Of a stretch of 64,000 nt of DNA, positions 10,288-20,172 are shown piece by piece (positions within the stretch are counted from its first letter, which is position 1; each line of letters starts with the position of its first letter). Under the pieces are notes generated by a model that worked only from the letters and a program-made list of their open reading frames with translations, was not told where the DNA came from and searched no databases. The position numbers and the translations under genes were made by a program. This DNA is from an uncultured bacterium (lineage in GTDB: Bacteria > Bacillota_I > Bacilli_A > RF39 > UBA660), in NCBI GenBank assembly GCA_947646655.1, contig CANSHI010000005.1:1599-65598 (forward strand), read 5' to 3'.

Positions 10288-10587
10288 TTATTTTTTAGGC
10301 TTAAGACTTTTACAAGTTTCTATAACTATATCTCGAATCAATTCTTTGTTATCGATATCTTCGATAATGTACATCGGTTTCGCACCTTTATAAGGAATTG
10401 CTTCTTTTAGAGAAAACTCTTTGTTAGTATCAACAATTTTTACTAGTAGTCGTTCATCGTATATGCCTCCAAATAAAATGTTTTTATAGTATAGCAAGTA
10501 CTTTCCCATCATCGGTCTACAAGTTATCTCTTCAAGTAAATTTAGTTGTTCTAATAAAAAGTCTCTGTATTGTTTTGTTGTTGCCAT
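10288..10587 (-). CDS. TfoX N-terminal-domain-like protein
   Basis: 99-aa protein whose MGKYLLYYKNILFGGIYDERLLVK pattern resembles the TfoX/Sxy N-terminal domain. Confidence 0.4.
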   Translation of the reverse strand: MATTKQYRDFLLEQLNLLEEITCRPMMGKYLLYYKNILFGGIYDERLLVKIVDTNKEFSLKEAIPYKGAKPMYIIEDIDNKELIRDIVIETCKSLKPKK

Positions 10588-10621
10588 AATAATCTTTCCT
10601 TACTGTTCAAATTTATTTGTT

Positions 10622-11188
10622 CTATTTAACTTTATCTCTATTAATTTTATATGCTTCGAAATAATTGATGCCATAAAGTTTGTGAATATCTTCTGTTCCC
10701 ATAACAACTACTTTATTTTCTTCTAAACCTAAAGCTTTAAGTAATTGGTCAACAGTCCAACCTTCTTTCTCGAGATGCTCAATATCTATTTCTAAAAATG
10801 GTGGTATCAAAGGGAATTTATCGATGTCAAAATCTATTTGGCCTATTTCATATGATATTCTATGAGAAGTAACTTTACAAATTGGGTCTAACCCTAATTC
10901 ATGAAAAAAATCTGCTGTTTCTTTCATTCTACTAGTTTTAAATTTAATTCCTTCTTTTATCTCTGGCTTACTTTGATTAACATGCATAGTTACTTTAACA
11001 GTTCCTTCTTCAGTAATTCTAATAAGTTTGTCTTTTTGATTTATATAAGCTAGATTTTCTGTATCAAAAACCGTTATAGTTCTCTCATCATCAAATACTT
11101 TAATTGCATTGAGATCTACTAATCTTGCTTGCAAATCATCTATATTTACGTCTAATATTTTTATTTCATGTTCTTTATATTCATTCAT
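10622..11188 (-). CDS. CYTH-domain protein (CyaB/thiamine-triphosphatase fold; triphosphate tunnel metalloenzyme)
   Basis: N-terminal EHEIKIL matches the CYTH ExExK signature; size 188 aa is typical of the family. Confidence 0.6.
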   Translation of the reverse strand: MNEYKEHEIKILDVNIDDLQARLVDLNAIKVFDDERTITVFDTENLAYINQKDKLIRITEEGTVKVTMHVNQSKPEIKEGIKFKTSRMKETADFFHELGLDPICKVTSHRISYEIGQIDFDIDKFPLIPPFLEIDIEHLEKEGWTVDQLLKALGLEENKVVVMGTEDIHKLYGINYFEAYKINRDKVK

Positions 11189-11255
11189 TTTTATTTTTCT
11201 CCTTTGTTAAATAAATTATATCATAAGTAACTTTAATATAAAAGACTTATACTTG

Positions 11256-11831
11256 CTATTTAATGTTTTCAGGGATAAGAATATTTATATAGTTTATTAT
11301 ATCTTGTTTGGAATAATCAGTTGGACTCATAAGCCATTTAATTACTATACCTACGACGGCACCTAAATAGAAAGCTGAAGTAAATTCCGCGGGTACTTGG
11401 CCTTGTACTTTAGGTTCATTTTGTAATCGTTTTTTGATATCTTTACTTATAGTATCGATAAAAATATCAGATGTTATACTTCCTCGGTTGTTCAAAAGCA
11501 TCGAATAATAAACATCTTTTTTATCTTCCATGTGGTCTAGGAGTAATCTAATCATTTCAATGTAATACTCTCTCGTATTGATGATATTTTCGTTTTGTTC
11601 TAAATCTTCCGCTAAAGAATTTTTAAGAGTGTCGATAAAGTCGACCAATAACTCATATTTATCTTCATAATGAGCATAAAAAGTGGAACGGTTAACTAAT
11701 GCTAGACTGCAAATATCGGAAACTTTTATGCTCTCAAAAGACTTACTTTTCATAAGTTCTAGAAGAGCATTATATAAAGATTTTTGTGTTTTTAATATTC
11801 TTAAGTCGGTATTTTTTTTCATTTTCATCAC
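11256..11831 (-). CDS. TetR/AcrR family transcriptional regulator
   Basis: N-terminal HTH (SFESIKVSDICSLALVNRSTFYAHYEDK); divergent from the MMPL gene. Confidence 0.8.
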   Translation of the reverse strand: MMKMKKNTDLRILKTQKSLYNALLELMKSKSFESIKVSDICSLALVNRSTFYAHYEDKYELLVDFIDTLKNSLAEDLEQNENIINTREYYIEMIRLLLDHMEDKKDVYYSMLLNNRGSITSDIFIDTISKDIKKRLQNEPKVQGQVPAEFTSAFYLGAVVGIVIKWLMSPTDYSKQDIINYINILIPENIK

Positions 11832-12001
11832 CTGATATCCATTATACTAATAAAAGAACAAAAGTAAAGATAAGAAACAGAATGTTGTTTATTTAGCAAT
11901 ACAAAATCAAATTATTTGTTGGATAAAATACAAAGTTTAATTTATGTAAGTGCATTTTTAAAGCCTAAATAATAAAATACTGTAGCGAATGGAGGAAAAT
12001 T

Positions 12002-15000
12002 ATGCAAAAATTTTGTGATTTTATTTGCAAGAAAAGAAAACTAGTCGTAGTTGTTTCAGGCATCTTGCTTATCTTGTCGATTATAGGTTCGATGATGACT
12101 CATATTAACTACGATATTCTGGTGTATTTGCCTTTAGATAATGAGACTATTAGAGGCGAAAATATTTTAAGTGAAGACTTTAATATGGGTGCTTACTCGA
12201 TCGCGACAATCGAAAATATGGAAAGTAAAGATGTTCTTAAATTAGAAAGTCAGATTAAGGAAATCGACGGTGTAAATTTGGTCGGAAGTTTATATGATTT
12301 TTTAGGAACAACGATCTATGTCGATATGTTACCTTCGGAAATCTCTAGTAAACTTCATAAAGAAAATACCGATTTACTATTTATAACTTTTGAAGACGGT
12401 ATTTCTAGTGATTCGACATTGACTGCCGTAGAGGAAATTAGAAATTTAGCTCAAGGAAAAGTTAAATTTGGAGGAATGAGTTCTTTAGTATTAGATACGA
12501 TGGAGCTTGCCAATAAAGAAATAGTTATTTATATAATTATTGCTGTGTTACTTTGTCTAATCGTATTAGAAATTGCTTTAGACTCTTATATTGTTCCAGT
12601 TTTGTTGCTTGCCAATATTGGTGCTTCTATTGTCTTTAACTTAGGAAGTAATGTATTTTTAGGACAAATTTCTTATATTACAGAATCTTTAGTGGCGGTG
12701 TTGCAATTGGGTGTTACAACGGATTTCTCTATTTTCTTGTATCACTCATATGAAAAGAATAAGAAGTTATTAAAAACTAAGGAAGAGGCGATGAGTGAAT
12801 CGATTAAAGAAACGTTTACTTCTGTTACAGGAAGTAGTTTGACGACTATTGCAGGATTTTTAGTTTTATGTACAATGCAGTTGACTTTAGGTCGTGATTT
12901 GGGAATCGTTATGGCTAAGGGTGTTATGTTTGGAGTTTTATCGGTTCTTACTCTCTTCCCTAGTTTACTATTAATCGCAGATAAATTGATAGATAAAACG
13001 AGACATAAGAAGTTTGTGCCTAAATTCGATAAGTTCAATAAGCTTATTATTAAGCACCATAAACTAGTGTTTGGCGTATTTTTGTTACTATTAGTTCCAG
13101 CTTATTTGGCAAATTCAAAAGTAGAAGTTTATTATAAAATCGATCAATCCCTACCCGATAATTTGGAAAGTATTGTTGCTAATGAGGAATTAAAAACTAA
13201 ATATAATATCGTAAGTCCTGAAATTATTTTAATCGATAAAAATATGAAGACTGATGAAGTAAAAGAATTAACTGAAAAGTTAGAAGATGTCGATGGAATA
13301 GACTTTGCTTTAGGAGTTGCCGATTTAAAAAGTATGGGAATGAACACGAGTATGTTTAGTGAAGAAATTATGAGCTATTTAGAAAGTGATAAGTATCAGC
13401 TTGTAATGCTTAATTCGTTATATGATATAGCAAGCAATGAGTTGAATTTACAAGTCGAAGAAGTTAAAACTATCGTTAAGGAGTACGATGGATCTGCAAT
13501 CGTCGCAGGTGAAGGACCTTTGATGAAGGATTTAATCTCGATAAGTGATACAGATTTTAAAAATGTCAATTACTCGTCTATCATATGTATAACTCTCATA
13601 TTGTTCTTCGTTTTAAAGTCATTATCACTACCTATTTTATTAATTGTTGCCATTCAATTTGCAATATTTATGAACATGGGCTTCTCATATTTTAGTGGTA
13701 CTATTTTACCTTTCGTCGCTCCGATCGTTTTAGGTACTATTCAGTTGGGTGCGACTATCGATTATGCGATTTTGATTACTACTTGCTATTTGAATAAGAG
13801 AAAATCGGGTATGAAAAAACGAGAAGCTATGTTAGAAACTATGAATTATGCAAGTATGTCTGTTTTAGTAAGTGGTATGTGCTTCTTTGCAGCTACGTGT
13901 GGAGTTGGCTTTGTATCAAAGTTAGAGATGGTCGCATCGATTTGTACTTTAATATCTAGAGGTGCCATTATAAGTATGATAGTCGTTATGACTGTTCTGC
14001 CTTCTATTTTATTAATATTTGACAGTCTTATTATGAAGACTACTTTAAAAGGAAAGGAAGTTAAAATTATGAAGAAAAATAATAAAAAATTAGTGTCTTC
14101 TGTCATGATTGCATGTCTTTTGATGAGTGTGATTCCAATACCTGTTTTTGCTTTAAGTAAAGATGAAACGGTTAATGTTAAACTTAATCATGATGGAAGT
14201 GTAAAGAAAACGATTGTAAGTGAAAGGTTAATCAACGATTCTAAGTTGAACGTTATAGATGACAATTCTATATTAGAGAGTATCATGAATGTAAACAGTG
14301 ATAGTTCTTTTAAAAAGGATGGCGAGAAGTTATCTTGGCAAGCAGATGGAAAAGACATTTTTTATCAAGGTAGTACTACTAAAGAGTTGCCTGTAAATAC
14401 AGAGATAACTTACATGCTGAATGGAAAAAAGTCTACTGTCGATGAAATGCTTGGCAAGAGTGGCGAAGTTGTTATTGAACTTAAATTCACTAATAAGGAA
14501 AAACATTATATCAATGTCGCTGGCAGTTTGGCTACTATGTATACACCTTTTATGGTAAATGTTGGCACAATTATCGACAATGAAAACAGTAATATCAAAG
14601 TAAATAATGGTCGCGTTTTTAATAATGGGAATAAGAGTATGGTAATGGGTGTTGCCTCCCCTGGATTAAGTAAAAGTTTGGATTTGCAAGGTAGTAAAGA
14701 TATGGATAAGGTTGTCATCAGTTATGAAACATCAAAGTTTGAGCTTGCAAGTATTTATGTCATTCTTGTACCTAAAGTAATTACTAAAGAGGATATCGGA
14801 TTCATAGATGAATTTGACACTTTATATAGTAGTATGAATGCTTTAAAAAGTAATATGTCGACGATTGCCGATGGTTCTAAAACTTTAAAAAGCGGTTCGA
14901 ATGAATTGAAAAGTAAGCTAGCTAGTTCGATCGATAATTTATCAAAGGATAAAAGTAATGCTTTAAATGTTGATCAGATCGATGCGATAAGGAAGCAAGC

Positions 15001-15811
15001 TAGTCAAAGTGTTAAGTCAACTTTTACGGATGATTATAAAAGTCAATTAGCAGAAAGTGCATGGACTCAAGTTAAAAAAAGTTTGAATCCTAATGATAAT
15101 AATGTTAAGGAAATTGTATCTTCAAATGTAAAGGATGCTGTTAACTCAAATGTACAAAACGAAGTACAAAATTATTTAAATGCTTTAGTTGCTAATGGAA
15201 TAAGTTTTGATCCTAATGTTTGTGTATCTCCTTCAGTAGATCAAATGCCTATTTGTTTAGCTTTAAATTCCATAAAAAATGCAGCAACAGAAGCAGCAAA
15301 GGAATCTTCTATCAATACTGCTTCAAAAGTTTCTAGTTATGTAGCCGAAAATGTTGCTAAAAGTGTTTCAGTTAATGTTGCCGAGTCGACAGCAGAAATG
15401 GTGGCAAGCAATGTTGCAGGTACAGTAGCATTAAATGTTGCCAATCAAGTTAAAAACTCTTCTATTAGTTCAGTGAAATCGTCACTCAATACGCTTTATA
15501 CAGGTGTCTCTAAAGTCGACGATGGCATCAATTCTTTATCGAATGGTATTGGCAAATTTCAAAAAGAAGGTATTAACAAATTATCCAATACTGTCAATGG
15601 AAAAGTTAAAAATACCACTAGTAGAATGGAAGCTTTAGTTCAATTAGGCGAAGAATATCAAACTTTCGATAGTAAATCTAAAAATCATAAGGGAGAAACA
15701 AAATTCGTTATGATAATAGATGGAAAAAGTATTCCTACAGAAAAAAAGATTGAAAATACTCCACAAGAAAAAATGTCTTTTATAGAAAGAGTAAAAAATT
15801 TATTCAAATAA
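12002..15811 (+). CDS. MMPL/RND-superfamily membrane protein with a very long C-terminal extracytoplasmic coiled-coil/repeat region (YhgE/Pip-like)
   Basis: Two six-TM bundles separated by an extracytoplasmic domain (MMPL-like), then about 500 aa of low-complexity N/S/V-rich coiled-coil; GGAGGA RBS. Confidence 0.55.
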   Translation: MQKFCDFICKKRKLVVVVSGILLILSIIGSMMTHINYDILVYLPLDNETIRGENILSEDFNMGAYSIATIENMESKDVLKLESQIKEIDGVNLVGSLYDFLGTTIYVDMLPSEISSKLHKENTDLLFITFEDGISSDSTLTAVEEIRNLAQGKVKFGGMSSLVLDTMELANKEIVIYIIIAVLLCLIVLEIALDSYIVPVLLLANIGASIVFNLGSNVFLGQISYITESLVAVLQLGVTTDFSIFLYHSYEKNKKLLKTKEEAMSESIKETFTSVTGSSLTTIAGFLVLCTMQLTLGRDLGIVMAKGVMFGVLSVLTLFPSLLLIADKLIDKTRHKKFVPKFDKFNKLIIKHHKLVFGVFLLLLVPAYLANSKVEVYYKIDQSLPDNLESIVANEELKTKYNIVSPEIILIDKNMKTDEVKELTEKLEDVDGIDFALGVADLKSMGMNTSMFSEEIMSYLESDKYQLVMLNSLYDIASNELNLQVEEVKTIVKEYDGSAIVAGEGPLMKDLISISDTDFKNVNYSSIICITLILFFVLKSLSLPILLIVAIQFAIFMNMGFSYFSGTILPFVAPIVLGTIQLGATIDYAILITTCYLNKRKSGMKKREAMLETMNYASMSVLVSGMCFFAATCGVGFVSKLEMVASICTLISRGAIISMIVVMTVLPSILLIFDSLIMKTTLKGKEVKIMKKNNKKLVSSVMIACLLMSVIPIPVFALSKDETVNVKLNHDGSVKKTIVSERLINDSKLNVIDDNSILESIMNVNSDSSFKKDGEKLSWQADGKDIFYQGSTTKELPVNTEITYMLNGKKSTVDEMLGKSGEVVIELKFTNKEKHYINVAGSLATMYTPFMVNVGTIIDNENSNIKVNNGRVFNNGNKSMVMGVASPGLSKSLDLQGSKDMDKVVISYETSKFELASIYVILVPKVITKEDIGFIDEFDTLYSSMNALKSNMSTIADGSKTLKSGSNELKSKLASSIDNLSKDKSNALNVDQIDAIRKQASQSVKSTFTDDYKSQLAESAWTQVKKSLNPNDNNVKEIVSSNVKDAVNSNVQNEVQNYLNALVANGISFDPNVCVSPSVDQMPICLALNSIKNAATEAAKESSINTASKVSSYVAENVAKSVSVNVAESTAEMVASNVAGTVALNVANQVKNSSISSVKSSLNTLYTGVSKVDDGINSLSNGIGKFQKEGINKLSNTVNGKVKNTTSRMEALVQLGEEYQTFDSKSKNHKGETKFVMIIDGKSIPTEKKIENTPQEKMSFIERVKNLFK

Positions 15812-15855
15812 AAACAAACTATAATAAGAGAATATCCTATTATAGGTTTTAATTT

Positions 15856-17058
15856 TTAAAAATTGTCATCTAAAAGAAAATCGATTAAATTTAAATGTAC
15901 AATTCCATCTTTTGATAAATCTTTTTTTTCTAAAGAAATAACGAATTTAGGATAATTATCTGTAATAACTTTAAATGCTCCAAACTCTCTTTCCATAGTA
16001 GAATTATCTTTCAAATCATAAGTAACTTGTATATATTTGGTCAATCCATTTTTTTTTGCTACAAAGTCTATTTCACCATTTTTTGTTTTACCTATATACA
16101 CTTCATACTCTTTGTTAAGTAATTCATTATAAACAATATTTTCTAACATTATATAGTTTTTAAATTCAGAATTATTGTTTTTAATTTGGGCAATCCCTAA
16201 ATCAGTTACATAATATTTGTTCAAAGTTTTTAATAATCCTTTTCCATGAACATCATATCGATATACTTTTTTGATAATTAAAGCTTTACATAAAGCTTCT
16301 ATATATGTATAAATAGTTTCAGTTGATACTTTTTTGTATTCTCGTTCAAGATAATTTATAATATTTTCACAAGAAAATTCTCTACCTGTTGTATCAATTA
16401 AATATTGTAAAATCATATTGAATAGAATTGTATCTTGAAGTTTAAGTCTTGTGATGATATCTCTTAAAATAATAGAATCAAAAACGCTGTGTAAATAGTT
16501 TTTAATATCAGCTTCATCGGTAAATTCGCATCTATTAGGTAAACCTCCCCATTTTGCATAATCATTAAAGCTTTCTAAATCAAAGGCATCTTTTTTTGTC
16601 AAGGCTATATATTCTTTGTATGATAAAGGATTAATATTAAATAATACATATCTTCCAGATAATACGGTAGATAACTCATCCGATAGCATTTTACTATTAG
16701 AACCTGTAATAAATATGCTAATATTATTTATCGATGCTCTAATTGAATTTATAACATCTTCAAATTTATCAACATTTTGTATCTCATCTAAAAATACATA
16801 ATATTTTTTATTATCAACAATTTTTTCTTTTATATATTTATTGAGCTCTTTATAGTTTTTTAGATCCTCAAATTCTATAAACTCAAAGTTTATTTTTATA
16901 ATATGCTCTTCATCAATTTTTTTCGTTGTTTTAAGTTCTTCGATTATTTGATTAAGTATTACTGTTTTACCGCTTCTTCTAATTCCTACTAGTATTTTTA
17001 CCAAGTCAGAGTCATAAAAACCCCTAATTTTTTTTAAGTACTTTTCTCTAATTAACAT
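15856..17058 (-). CDS. AAA-family ATPase with DUF4143-type C-terminal domain
   Basis: Walker A GIRRSGKT, Walker B YVFLDEIQ; overall AAA_14/DUF4143 architecture. Confidence 0.65.
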   Translation of the reverse strand: MLIREKYLKKIRGFYDSDLVKILVGIRRSGKTVILNQIIEELKTTKKIDEEHIIKINFEFIEFEDLKNYKELNKYIKEKIVDNKKYYVFLDEIQNVDKFEDVINSIRASINNISIFITGSNSKMLSDELSTVLSGRYVLFNINPLSYKEYIALTKKDAFDLESFNDYAKWGGLPNRCEFTDEADIKNYLHSVFDSIILRDIITRLKLQDTILFNMILQYLIDTTGREFSCENIINYLEREYKKVSTETIYTYIEALCKALIIKKVYRYDVHGKGLLKTLNKYYVTDLGIAQIKNNNSEFKNYIMLENIVYNELLNKEYEVYIGKTKNGEIDFVAKKNGLTKYIQVTYDLKDNSTMEREFGAFKVITDNYPKFVISLEKKDLSKDGIVHLNLIDFLLDDNF

Positions 17059-17199
17059 TTATCATCACCTAGTAAAATTATAACTTATAAATGAACAAAA
17101 GTAAAGTTATTTCGTTTCGACAAAATAACTTTACAAACGGTTGAATTATTTTGTTTGAACAAAATAACTTTTTCTATCATATGAATTAAAAATAGATTA

Positions 17200-17433
17200 T
17201 TAATCTGTTTCTTTCTCAAAATTAATTTTCTCTTCTTGTTCAACGATTAGTTCGTCTATATCATTAAAAGCATTTTCTATAGCTTCACTATGGTATCTTT
17301 CATACATGTCATATACTATTTGGGTAAGATTTAGTTTATCTAGTTTATTGATAATATCTGTCGTAGAAGTTTGCTTGTATTCTGAATAATTTTCTAGTAA
17401 ATAAATAAAAAATTCGTCTTCTTTTTTCATCAA
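17200..17433 (-). CDS. Hypothetical small acidic protein (77 aa), third gene of the DUF3990 operon
   Basis: Its start overlaps the upstream stop by 4 nt (ATGA); Glu/Asp-rich. Confidence 0.4.
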   Translation of the reverse strand: MMKKEDEFFIYLLENYSEYKQTSTTDIINKLDKLNLTQIVYDMYERYHSEAIENAFNDIDELIVEQEEKINFEKETD

Positions 17434-17696
17434 TCGATACTCCTCAAATATACTGAGTTTTGTGGTACTCCAGTAATTAACTCATTTTCTAATATATCAA
17501 ATATTGCTGGACTTCCAAATTCGTACATTGCACAGTTTTTATCTTCTATAAGTTTGTATGTTTTAGAATTAAGGAATTTTCTGTAAGCTTCAAAAAACGA
17601 AAAATCATATTTTTCCATCAACATTTCTACCACTTCTTTGGAATAATATATTAGATATCTGCTTGAAATCTTATTCATAAATTTTGACCTCCTCAA
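17430..17696 (-). CDS. DUF3791-like protein
   Basis: 88-aa protein immediately downstream of, and overlapping, a DUF3990-like gene, which is the usual pairing. Confidence 0.45.
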   Translation of the reverse strand: MRRSKFMNKISSRYLIYYSKEVVEMLMEKYDFSFFEAYRKFLNSKTYKLIEDKNCAMYEFGSPAIFDILENELITGVPQNSVYLRSID

Positions 17697-18147
17697 ATAC
17701 TAGATATGCTAGTGCTTTCTCAGTTTTAAAAACTATTTGGTCTTTAAGATTTTGAGTTAATAGCCTTTTTATTGCTTCTTCCTCATTGTATACATTGTTA
17801 AGATAATCATTAATTACTGGCATAGTATTATCATTCGCAACTGGTCCAATTATAATGTCATAATTATTTTCTTCGTATAACCTTTTTCTATTTAACGATA
17901 CAAAATGTAACCATTCTGTGTTTGGACTATCAAATTTTAATATTTTTAAATTGTTATTTTCATTGTAATTGTATACTGAAACTGACTTATTTCCTTTTTT
18001 TCTTCGCATTGTAGTTGTAAAAGACCATTTTATTGCTTGGTCTAAATCCGAAGTAAGATAAAACCCGTTTCCAAAATCTAAATTTCTTTTACTTTTTATT
18101 ATTTTAGGTTTTTCAACTGTTACATTACTTCCATGATATAATTTCAT
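17671..18147 (-). CDS. DUF3990-like protein; possible PARP/ART-like fold (H-G-S and G-x-G-x-Y-L motifs)
   Basis: Probable start is MKLYHGS, preceded by GAGGA; the track ORF begins at an upstream TTG. Contains LYHGS near the N-terminus, then FGNGFYLTSD. Confidence 0.45.
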   Translation of the reverse strand: MKLYHGSNVTVEKPKIIKSKRNLDFGNGFYLTSDLDQAIKWSFTTTMRRKKGNKSVSVYNYNENNNLKILKFDSPNTEWLHFVSLNRKRLYEENNYDIIIGPVANDNTMPVINDYLNNVYNEEEAIKRLLTQNLKDQIVFKTEKALAYLVFEEVKIYE

Positions 18148-18224
18148 ATTAACACGTTCCTCTAAATATATTCTATCATTTTTTAATGGGTTGCACAACT
18201 AGTTGCAATACTATTCTTAATTCT

Positions 18225-18851
18225 TTAGAACTCTTTTTTTAAATAAATGTGTTTTGATACGAGATAGGATAAAACCATGATAACTACTGATGAAATACTA
18301 AATATTATAAGGCCATAGTTATTTAAAATGGATAAAGTAGAATCTGATAAGTGTATTCCTAACTTAGAAATTAAAGCAAATATGCCTGCCACTAAAAATA
18401 TTCCTACAAAAAGACCAATTCGACTCTTTTCGATTCCGAATTTAAATATTATTGGATATATAATAGATTGAACAATGAAGACACTAATTAGGCATCCAAA
18501 TCCTGATGATATTATTTCTTCGATATTTAAGTTATTTCTCACTATACCCATTAAAATGGTTAATATACTCATTAAAAGAGTTGAAATAACGATGATTAAA
18601 ATAGTCGCTAAGTATTTTGAAGCAACGATATTTTTTCGTCCATTAGGCAAAGTTACTGCAAAAGCATCAAACTTATTGTATTCATCATAACTGAAAGTAG
18701 ACATCATAATACTTATACTTAAAAATGTTGCAATAAATCCTATATTGCTGTTTCCATTAGTTAGAATAATTGCAAATATAGCAAACATAATTAATAAAGT
18801 TCTTAAATTATTTTTTATTATAAATAGATCTTTTTTGATTAAGCCTCTCAT
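18225..18851 (-). CDS. ABC-2 type permease of a YtrA-type module
   Basis: Six-TM protein overlapping the ATPase stop. Confidence 0.5.
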   Translation of the reverse strand: MRGLIKKDLFIIKNNLRTLLIMFAIFAIILTNGNSNIGFIATFLSISIMMSTFSYDEYNKFDAFAVTLPNGRKNIVASKYLATILIIVISTLLMSILTILMGIVRNNLNIEEIISSGFGCLISVFIVQSIIYPIIFKFGIEKSRIGLFVGIFLVAGIFALISKLGIHLSDSTLSILNNYGLIIFSISSVVIMVLSYLVSKHIYLKKEF

Positions 18852-19720
18852 ATATTTTCTCCTTTTATCATTAAAATCATCAAATTTTCTAAAGTTATTT
18901 TGTCTATGATATAATTTGCATATTTTTTCTTCATTTTGGCCATATCTTTCATTAAGACTTCGTAGTCGTATTTATTTTTTATAAATTTAACTATATCTGA
19001 GGGCTCTATATTTTTGAATGTCTTTTCATCACATTTAATAATTCCAAAGTTATCCATAATATTATCGCGAGTGTCCTCAAGTATTATTTGACCTTCATCG
19101 ATAAAAACTATTTTATCAGCTATATGTTCTAAATCACTTGTAATATGAGTCGACAAAAGAATTGTGTGTTTATCATCACTGACAAATTTTTGGAACACAT
19201 TTAAAATATCTTGTCTAACAACAGGATCAAGTCCACTCGTCGGTTCATCAAGAATTAAAAGTTTTGGGTGGTGAGAGAGTGCGGTGGCAATTTCCAGTTT
19301 TTTTCTCATACCTTCAGAAAGAGCTTTTATTTGTTTATCTTTGTCGATGTCAAAGTCGTTTAAGTAGTTATAAAAAAGTTCTGTATCCCACTGTTTATAA
19401 ATACTTTTCATAACCGAGTCGATATCTTTAACAAGTAATATTTCTGGGAAAAAAGAATTATCTAATACTACGCCTATATCTTCTTTAATTAATGACTCTT
19501 CTTTTTTATAATCTTTATCAAATATTTTAATACTTCCTCGATCTATATGTAAAATGTTTAATATAGATTTTATCAGAGTAGTTTTCCCTGCTCCATTTTC
19601 TCCGATGAGTCCAATTATATAACCACTCGGTATATTTAAAGTTAACTCCCCTAATTTAAAAGATGTTTCATATTTTTTAACTAAATTTTTAATCTCAATT
19701 GCATTATTCATTTTCTTCAC
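18848..19720 (-). CDS. ABC transporter ATP-binding protein
   Basis: Walker A GENGAGKTT, signature LSEGMRKKL, Walker B LLILDEPTSGLD. Confidence 0.85.
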   Translation of the reverse strand: MKKMNNAIEIKNLVKKYETSFKLGELTLNIPSGYIIGLIGENGAGKTTLIKSILNILHIDRGSIKIFDKDYKKEESLIKEDIGVVLDNSFFPEILLVKDIDSVMKSIYKQWDTELFYNYLNDFDIDKDKQIKALSEGMRKKLEIATALSHHPKLLILDEPTSGLDPVVRQDILNVFQKFVSDDKHTILLSTHITSDLEHIADKIVFIDEGQIILEDTRDNIMDNFGIIKCDEKTFKNIEPSDIVKFIKNKYDYEVLMKDMAKMKKKYANYIIDKITLENLMILMIKGENI

Positions 19721-20087
19721 TCTCCAATAAATATTTAAATAGTTCTAAAAGATCTTTTTTCTCTATGCCGAATTTATATGATTTTTCTATGATATGAAGC
19801 ATGCTCTCTTCGATGTCTTTTTTGGCTTGCTCTTTTATTAACTCTGTGTTCTTAGGAGCTACAAAACTACCTTTTCCGTGTCTAGTCGTTATATAGCCTT
19901 CTCTTTCTAGTTCATCATAAGCCTTTTTGATAGTCATGATACTTATTCTCGTATCGCTTGCTAAGCCTCTTATCGAAGGCAAAGGTTCATTCTCTTTCAG
20001 CTCATCATTCATTATTTCTTTAATAATTTCCGTTTTTATTTGCTCATAAATGGGAATAGGACTAGAATTACTTATGATTAATTTCAT
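19704..20087 (-). CDS. GntR-family transcriptional regulator, short YtrA subfamily
   Basis: GntR winged HTH (LPSIRGLASDTRISIMTIKKAYDELEREGYI) with a short C-terminal tail. Confidence 0.8.
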   Translation of the reverse strand: MKLIISNSSPIPIYEQIKTEIIKEIMNDELKENEPLPSIRGLASDTRISIMTIKKAYDELEREGYITTRHGKGSFVAPKNTELIKEQAKKDIEESMLHIIEKSYKFGIEKKDLLELFKYLLESEENE

Positions 20088-20172
20088 GAGAGACCTCCTT
20101 AACTGTTATATATAATATATAACAGTATAAGACACTTTGTCAAGCACAAAATAAAAAAGCAGAAATCAGTTT

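Noticed and set aside
11832-12001. Palindromic TetR operator between the TetR gene and the MMPL gene
   Set aside because: The candidate AAACAGAATGTTGTTT is not self-complementary when written out, and no convincing inverted repeat was found by eye.
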